Positions 56,033 through 64,000 of a stretch of 64,000 nt of DNA are shown one piece after another (positions within the stretch are counted from its first letter, which is position 1; every line of letters begins with the position of its first letter). A program made the position numbers and the translations under genes. The notes under the pieces were generated by a model. That model did no database searches, was not told the DNA's origin, and worked only from the letters and a program-made list of their open reading frames with translations. The stretch comes from Octopus vulgaris (lineage: Eukaryota): NCBI GenBank assembly GCA_951406725.2, contig OX597827.1, positions 47,864,001-47,928,000 of the forward strand, given 5' to 3'.

Positions 56033-56255
56033 AACATACATACATACATACATACATACATACATACATACATACATACATACATACATACATACATACA
56101 TACATACATACATACATACATACATACATACATACATACATACATACATACATACATACATACATAGATTGATAGATGGAAAGATAAATAGATACATAGC
56201 CTGATAGATAGATAGATAGATAGACAGATAGATAGATAGATAGATAGATAGATAT

Positions 56256-56300
<45 letters not shown>
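56033..56300. repeat. (CATA)n then (GATA)n
   Basis: Direct observation. Confidence 0.95.
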
Positions 56301-56604
56301 CATGTGTATAATCATGTAATGTAAAGGTATAGAGATTGGGTGAGGAGAGATGAGGGAGAGACAAACAAAAATCAATAGATGTTACACATTATGTAACACA
56401 GCGAAGTTATATGATTCAATTCTTTCAGCATAAAGTTACGTTTACTGATTGGCTTCAAATCAAACGTGGTGTTGCAGCCCCTTCGAGAGGATGTCATGAT
56501 ATAGCAAGCAAGCGTTCATGATTTTGACGCACTTGGGTCATATTCAATTTCGTTGAAACTGATGTTGAAACACCGTGCTTGTTCTGACAGCATCTTGATT
56601 TGAA

Positions 56605-56623
56605 ATATACATACATACATACA

Positions 56624-56696
<73 letters not shown>

Positions 56697-56729
56697 ATGC
56701 GTATGTATGTATATATATATATATGTATG

Positions 56730-56810
<81 letters not shown>

Positions 56811-56894
56811 ATATATATATATACATATATATATATGTATATATGCATATATATATACGCATATATATACACATACATATATACACACACACAT

Positions 56895-56939
<45 letters not shown>

Positions 56940-56945
56940 CATATA
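56605..56945. repeat. (CATA)n/(TA)n field inside the copy E kinase-homology region
   Basis: Direct observation. Confidence 0.9.
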
Positions 56946-57190
56946 AGTATGTATGTATACATCTATGTCTGCAACAATATGTGTTCAGAATAATGAGTTT
57001 TTCGCTAAATATTTGGCATTTTGCATAGCAGCAACCTTGTGCAAAGGAATTAATTATTTCTGTATAAAAAAGTTTTCTTTTATATAAACATGCCGATATA
57101 CTAATGATCGTCATGCACGCACAGACACACACATCCATATGCATGTGCATGTTACATTCTTCCCTTCTCATGCTTGCATATATATACGTG

Positions 57191-57237
<47 letters not shown>

Positions 57238-58726
57238 CTTGTGGTATGGACTTGCTATTTCATGCATGAGAAAATTGGCTCGAGAGAATTTACTAATTGC
57301 ATATAAGTCTATTCTTCTTTAATTGTATTAGACATAAAGATGGATTTCAGATTATTACATGTGTACCTTATAACTACGCTAATATGCGTTTGTCATAAAG
57401 GGTTTTCTTCACAACATTTCTCGCAAGAGATAGAACATAAAAAAATTTATCGTTCTTTTTGACAGAGAGACTTGTTTCACGCTGATATCTATTACTCTGC
57501 TTAGAAACGTGTTTTAATGTCGACGAATTTGCCGAATTGATATTTAGGGACTAGAGTATATTAGAGGCAATTTTTAGAGAGTGTTTTAGCGCGAAAAGAT
57601 ATGCATGCCATCAAAACTATCCATCTTCCATCTCTTAATTTACAGCTAGTCTCTGATGTTCTTTAGCGTTTCCAATTATCAATGATTCCTGTCTTTCCTA
57701 ATCAGATGCTACACTATTAAATATATAAATAAAAACAAATATTCGTAGAATTCCCTAAAAAAATACTTGAAGCAATGATCAATTAGATGAAGCAGTAGAA
57801 CACGTATGGTGACACTTATGCCGTCGCTGGACTAGCTGTAAAAGTGGCAATTTCATCTGAAACCACGCCTTGCCAGATACACAAAATGCTGTACAAATTC
57901 AGAAAATAATGAAGCTTTGGTGGAAACTCTTTCATTATAGATCTGATTGATGAAGGGTGACTTGGAGTTAAAACCACCCAACTGACTATGTTTGCCAATA
58001 TAATTGTTAGATATAACGGTGATATGTATGGTATTTTCTAGATCATGGAATGAGCAAAAAAAAAAAAAAATAGAATTAGGGCGCTGCTATTGTCCTCTTT
58101 CTGGTCGTAATATTTGTGATCATAGTTGCTGCCACTCTTATATTACTTTTCTTATATTATCATTATGTTTCTCAGAGTATATTTTCATTATTAACACGGT
58201 TGCTATTTCTTTTCAGGTCGAGAATTTCCTATGGTTATCCATTTAAAGTATTTTTCGTTGATTCGCCCCGAAAAGCGCAAAAAATAAGCAATAAAACGAG
58301 CAGCGGGTTACAAGGTTATGTTGCATTTTTCTGACAAACTATCAGGGAAAACGTAGTAGAGTAGGTTATAAACAATAAGAAAGAGGATCTTATTATATGA
58401 AGAAAGCCCTGGGAGTCCAAGCCAGAAGATGAAAATCGTAAAATGGGTTGCGAGACTCAAAATCAATTAAATATCAAAATAAGATAGAAAAATAATGGAG
58501 AAAAAGAAGAAACGGAATATCGATTAACTAAGAGAATGAGAAAGAATAAATACAAACATATGGAAAATATTGACGGACAGACAAATAGTTCCAAGCATAA
58601 CGTCAACTAAAGAACCTGGTAATGTAATGGGAGATTGAATAGTGCAAGTGAGAATGAAAATTATACGAGTAAACAAACAGACATGTATGTGTATGAAAAA
58701 TGCCGCAGACAATGAGACAAAGAACG

Positions 58727-58798
<72 letters not shown>

Positions 58799-60260
58799 GA
58801 ATATGTTTACATACAAATAAATAAATGTAAAAATAAAGGAATTGCTTAAGAAATAGCAGAATGATACACAGGGAAGAAAGGCGGGATACTGCGAAAGACA
58901 TTGAGTCTAAAAGAAATATTGAGAAATAGCGAAAGTTATACAAAGTTGACGAACGAAACAGTGATTAAGAGAAAGGGCAGGTGGGGGGACAAAAAATGAA
59001 AAAAGAGAGACAGACAGACAAAGAGAGAAGCAAGCAGACAAACTGCATGAGAAATGGGAAAAGAAAAAGAGACTAAGATTCATGGGTTTATTTACACTTT
59101 CTTTTTGAGACAAACAAAACCGTTTCTTTGGTCAAAGTATCAATCTAAACCAAGAATCGAATTCCGTGCACGCTTCTGAACCATTAATTCGAACATTTAT
59201 TGATTGTGGTTAAACATATGTCTTCCTTGTTTAAGCGCAATCTGTTACTGGTCCCGGTGTTTGTTCAACACTATTTGTCTCGTGCTAGAAGGTCGAGAGG
59301 AAATTAACGGGTGACAAAACACAACACAGAAACACTGACAAACGAATTTAAACACACCACTGATATATTTCGATGTTACTTTATCCTTGTTTGTTTGTTG
59401 GTCTATAATGGAGATTTATTACGGAGTTGAGTTACGAATTGTAAAAGTTCACGATTTCAGATGGGTTCGTATGATTTGTAATGACGAAGCTATTGACTTT
59501 TTCATATAAAACCCTTTTGCGAACAGAAAATATATTTTGATTGTTTATAGTAGTAATGCAGTCTATAGGTTTTGGTGCTCCTATGAACATAGCTTTATTC
59601 TCCTTACCGAAGAAACGGCAACACTACCTTCTCTGTTTGACTTAGGGTCAAAGATATATTTACAAACTGTAATAAATTAGTTTAGCAGACACAGAACACC
59701 ACTGGAGACCCTAGAGACAGATTAAGCAGGTTTTAAATTCAGAGTTACAAATTAGAGTTAGGAGAACAATACATATCCGTCCGCAGATATGGTATTTAAT
59801 ATGGCCTAGTGGATTACTTTATCGTAAACAGAGTATTTAAATCTGTTTGGTAAATTTTGTATGTGTGTGTTTGTGTGTGTGTGTGTGTATGTGTCTGTGT
59901 GTGTGTGTCTGTGTCTGTGTCTGTGTATGTGTGTGTGTGAGTGCTTGGCCTTACCATTCACCGTCTAACAACTGAAACAATTAAAAAGATGAATAATACA
60001 GGATATTAGGAACCTTTATTTTAGTTGCATTCCTGGTATTGAAACTGTTTTTCTCTCATTCACAATTTCATTAAGCATTTCACTCTTTCTCTCTATTTTT
60101 CTAGAAAGAGCGAGAGAGAGAGAGAGAGAGTGGGATAGAGATAAAGAGAGAGACAAAGTGAACGTGGGTAAGTAGGATTTAAGTGTATTTTCTTTACGGC
60201 TGACTATATTTCTTCGTTGCCTCTTTAGATTCGTGAAGCTTAAATACTATACAAGCTGTA

Positions 60261-61459
60261 CGAGTTGTTATCAAAATGTTCCCGGATTAGTTACGTTTAA
60301 TAAAAAGTAACTTATTTTCTTGAGTTTTAACATTATCTCTGTCTACATAGTCATCTTGCGCAGCGTTCCTGCTATTTCTGGAATCCGGCCTGGTTGACGT
60401 TTTCGATAAGTCGAGGACCTTCTACGATTTGCCCTTGTGGAGGCACATGGCCTAGTGGCTAGAGCAACGGACTCGCGGTCGAGGAATCGCGTGTTCGAAT
60501 CTCAGACCGGACGATGTGTGTGTTTATAAGCGAAATACCTAAGCTCCATGCGGCTCCGGCAGAAGGTAATGGCGAAACTTCTGCTGACTCTTTCGCCACA
60601 ACTTTCTCTCATTCTTTCCTCCTGCATCTTGCAGCTCACCTGCGATGGACCGGCGTCTCGTCCAGGTGGGGAACCTATACGCCAAGAAACCGGGAAACCG
60701 CCCCTTATGAGCCAGGCATGGCTCGAGAAGGAACAAACAACAAAACAACAACGATTCGCTCTGGATTTCGACAACGGTTTGAAAACAGCGACCTTTCAGC
60801 TGCATTTTCCTCTTGGGGAATAGATGGAAGTCCGTGGGTTCTAAATCTGGCTAACTGGACGCTAGCGGAAGCGATACCATGATGTTTTTTAGCAAGAAAC
60901 GCACGAGGGAGGAAGTTTCGGTGTAGAATCTAATTCTTCGCACTCCACAGATCCAATGGCTTTCGCCAAATGCCCTTCCTCAGACGCTTCTAAACTTCAC
61001 AGTAGAACTCTTGATTGACGGTCTTGCCCTGGGGGACGAATTCTCGATACACAAAACCACATTTCTTGGAGTGACTCGTGGCACGTCTCCCAAATCGTTC
61101 ATCCTCTTCCAAGGACGCTCTTCCGCTTCCGAAGCGCCCGTTCCACTTGAAACATTGTGTAGGGCCCATTGCCTCGTCACTGTAAGCTTGCCGAAGCATG
61201 ATCACGGTGTTTGTAAAAGACTTCTCAAGTTTAATTCGAAATTTCACATTGGCTTTTTGTTGCTGTCCATGACAAAATGGCAGACTACAGCAATACACGT
61301 GATCACAAAAAACACTAATTTCACAACTTGTGAAGTAAACACAGCGATGTCACTCGGCAGACTGCCTCACCTTGCTACCTCTCACCTCTCACACAACCAT
61401 GAGCTGCCATCTATTGGTGTGCTACAGAACTAGTCCGGGAACTTTTTGATATCACCTAG
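60261..61459 (-). mobile_element. Internally deleted mariner transposon
   Basis: ~32-bp TIRs (cgagttgttatcaaaatgttcccggattagtt / aactagtccgggaactttttgatatcacctag), left TA; transposase N-terminus KFRIKLEKSFTNTVIMLRQAYSDEAMGPTQCFKW..SLEEDERFGR and EFVPQGKTVNQEFYCEV. Confidence 0.9.
60437..60748 (+). mobile_element. SINE family 2 nested in the mariner
   Basis: gtggaggcacatggcctagtgg head, (AAC) tail, TSD-like acgatttgccct / acgattcgctct. Confidence 0.85.
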
Positions 61460-62165
61460 AATCATATATCCAACTAGCGTGTCATCAAAAGAAAAACATT
61501 ATGAAACGTTCTACAGGTCAAAATGGCTTCATGGGTTTAACTAACAAATTAAGGAACAGGGTTTGTCTATTTGGCAACATCCTCTTTCCTGTGATTGAAC
61601 ATTCCAAATGCCCTTACGATAAGAAAGAAAAAAACTGTCCAGGCATGCTTTTTCTAAGTACATTTTTTTCCCTAGCCGACTATCTGGATTGAATTTTACT
61701 TAATTTTGCATTAACTGTTTATTCTTCAATTTCAAATTCTCTTTATATTTGCTTATATTCCGCCAGAGGAAACATATTACAAACTGAATTCCTGGGTGAA
61801 GAGTGAATAAGCCAAACAGAATGATTCTACGAAGGACAGTCAGTATGCTAGAAATAATAGGTAAACCTCATCCCAAACACGCATCAACAACTTTAAAAAA
61901 TTGATAATGTAATCATCGCTAAAACAAACTCTCTTTAAATAATGTGATAGGGACGGCTACGTTGAAAAGAATAGCAAAAGATTACTCATATATATACTGT
62001 GTATTTCTGTTCACAATGACTTCAAATTTCCGCCTTGCAAGGGCTTTTTCTGGTAGGCGAGAATTCGAAATCACTATTGACAAACTCATCTTACAAGTAA
62101 CTTACATTCTTTACATTAATTTATAACATTAATGTTGTTATTTGGAATGACTGTAATTAAAATGT

Positions 62166-62550
62166 GTGGAGGCGCAATGGCCCAGTGGTTAGGGCAGTGG
62201 ACTTGCGGTCATACAATCGCGGTCTCGATTCCCAGACCGGGCGTTGTGAGTGTTTATTGAGCGAAAACACCTAAAGCCCCACGAAGCTCCGGCAGGGTTT
62301 GGTGGCGAACCTTGCTGTACTCTTTCTCCACAATTTTCTCTCACTCTTTCTTCCCGTTTCTGTTGTACCTGTAATTCAAAGGGTCAGCCTTGTCTTACCC
62401 TGTGTCACGCTTAATCTCCCTGAGAACTACATTAAGAGTACACTTATGTGTGGATTACTCAGCCACTTGCACGCTAATTTCACGAGCAGGCTGTTCCGTA
62501 GATCAGATCAGCTGGCACCCTCGTCATCGCAACCGACGGATTGCCACCAA
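62166..62550 (+). mobile_element. SINE family 2
   Basis: gtggaggcgcaatggcccagtggttagggcag head. Confidence 0.85.
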
Positions 62551-62879
62551 ATAAAATGCACGTGTGTTTGTGTGTATGTAAAATAGCAAATTACAGTACT
62601 ATCCTTGTTGCTCCTATATCATTTACACGAAAAATACTGATCGGGAGAATTGCTTGAGATGAATGAAATAATTTGAGGTGTCAATTGCTTTTGTGAAATC
62701 AATATCATACAAGTTCGACTTCGTCTTTCATTCTTTCAAACGTCAATAAGCTAACTCTCAATCAAATACTAAGAGATTTTAATCGACCGTTCCCTTCCCT
62801 GGAAACCTGTGTCCTTGCATCTGTTTTTAGACATCATTTTTTTTTTAAAGAGAACTTCATTACTACTCCTTTCATTCAA

Positions 62880-63640
62880 TTATTATTAGAGTTGAGAATC
62901 TATAGGGACAGATATTTAATGCCAAGCTTCACAGACTGCCAACTCATTATACTTGTTGGTTATTTATTTTGTACTGAAAAACCGATGTTTTAGACCTTGA
63001 TTTTTTTGTATTTTTCCATAAGATGAATTATTAAGTAGGAGATAGCAGCCTTAATTTAGTGGGCAACGAAAACTTTAATGAAAAGATATTTCACGAGTAA
63101 TAAAAAGAAATTAGATGTTGATAGTTCATATCTTTTCCCAGCATGCTATATAGCATGTGTGAAAATGAAATGCTAACATCTGGAGAATCGTAATTGGCTC
63201 ACAAATTCAAATGACTACCGAAATAACTTCCAGCCCTTCCTTTTCATTTGAACAACTACATACTAATTATTGATTAAATTGGTGAAAATTCTTCAGAGGA
63301 AGACTCCAAAGGGAGCGTTAACATTTTTCATCTGTAAATGACGAGCAGTGTTATGGCATTAATCAAATTTGGATAATGATCATTTGCCTTCAGCTGAAAA
63401 GTTTCCAAACTTATGAAATACAGATATTTGATTTTCCACCAGACTGACGAAGGAAATTTAGCCGGTTACTTTATTAGAAATATTAGCACTGGCTTGATTA
63501 AATAGGTTTGAAAATTTATGTTCGAAGATATATGTATATACAGAAAGACGTGGGTGAAACAGGGGAAGTGTATTTTGCCGGAACTCCCTTTAATGTTCAT
63601 ATTGATCTCTACTTAAATAAATACGTTCTTTCCCAATCCT
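62880..63640 (+). pseudogene. Copy G: FN3 ectodomain exons of a further paralogue, probably continuing past the right edge
   Basis: TANSLYLL (~62935), NLVGNENF (~63053), QLKSFQTYEIQIF (~63391) and GYFIRNIS (~63464, donor ag|gtttg). The last matches copy D exon 927-717 (NLKAEDMYEIE..GNIFIRNIS). Stops and frameshifts present. Confidence 0.55.
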
Positions 63641-63680
63641 CTCTATATACAGATATACGCAAATGTGTACATATATATAT

Positions 63681-64000
63681 AGGCATAGAAGTGGCTGTGT
63701 GGTAAGTAGTTTGCTTACCAACTATATGGTTCCTGGTTCACTCCCACTGCATGGCATCTTGGGCAAGTGTCTTCTAATATTGCCTCGGGCCCACCAAAGG
63801 TTTGTGAGTGGATTTGGTAGACGGAAACAGAAAGAAGACCGTCGTATATATACATATATATATGTGTGTGTGTGTATGTTTGTGTGTGTATGTTTGTCCC
63901 CCCAACATCGTTTGATAACCGATGCTGGTGTGTTTACGTCCCCGTAACTTAGCGGTTAGGCAAAACATCCGTTGGAATAAGTACTAGACTTACAAAGAAT
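63681..64000 (+). mobile_element. SINE family 3, running off the window
   Basis: aggcatagaagtggctgtgtggtaagtag head. Confidence 0.85.

Larger units (their letters stand above)
59400..61800 (+). pseudogene. Copy F: internally deleted FN3-TM-cyclase paralogue, cyclase exon interrupted by a mariner
   Basis: FN3: ~59495-59617 DFFI*NPFANRKYILIVYSSN..ILLTEE and ~59645-59770 HHWRP..SELQIRV. TM-like ~60003: ILGTFILVAFLVLKLFF. Cyclase: ~60198 ADYISSLPL*IREA, [mariner], IQLACHQ; acceptor ttctacag at 61516 then GQNGFMGLTNKLRNRVCLFGNIL ([22 protein letters not shown]); ~61757 SARGNI. Confidence 0.65.

Noticed and set aside
56400-58250. Processed retrocopy origin of copy E
   Set aside because: Polypyrimidine-AG acceptors remain at conserved intron positions, and FN3 exons are spread upstream.

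Overview
AT-rich, microsatellite-dense animal genomic DNA. The SINE, Penelope, Dong and CR1-group repeat set suggests an octopus (Octopus sp.; inference). I found no intact host protein-coding gene. Manual six-frame reading shows that almost all of the unique, non-repeat DNA between the repeats belongs to a tandem array of at least seven decayed, intron-containing paralogues of one receptor type. The architecture is several fibronectin type III (FN3) repeats, one transmembrane helix, a kinase-homology domain (KHD), a coiled-coil hinge and a class III (guanylyl-type) cyclase domain. Four copies lie on the minus strand (about 0.45-14.4, 14.9-26.9, 27.3-37.8 and 39.9-50.5 kb) and three on the plus strand (about 51.6-58.3, 59.4-61.8 and 62.9-63.6+ kb). 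Every copy has stops, frameshifts, broken splice sites or TE insertions. Also present: a near-intact CR1/L2-group LINE with a CCCH-finger ORF1 (18.2-22.1 kb), two Penelope-like pseudo-elements with pseudo-LTRs and hammerhead-like motifs, Helitrons, a mariner, Dong/R4 and RTE fragments, three tRNA-derived SINE families and many simple repeats. Homology calls come from by-eye alignment to recalled NPR1/retGC and FN3 motifs, not from database searches, and exon boundaries are approximate.
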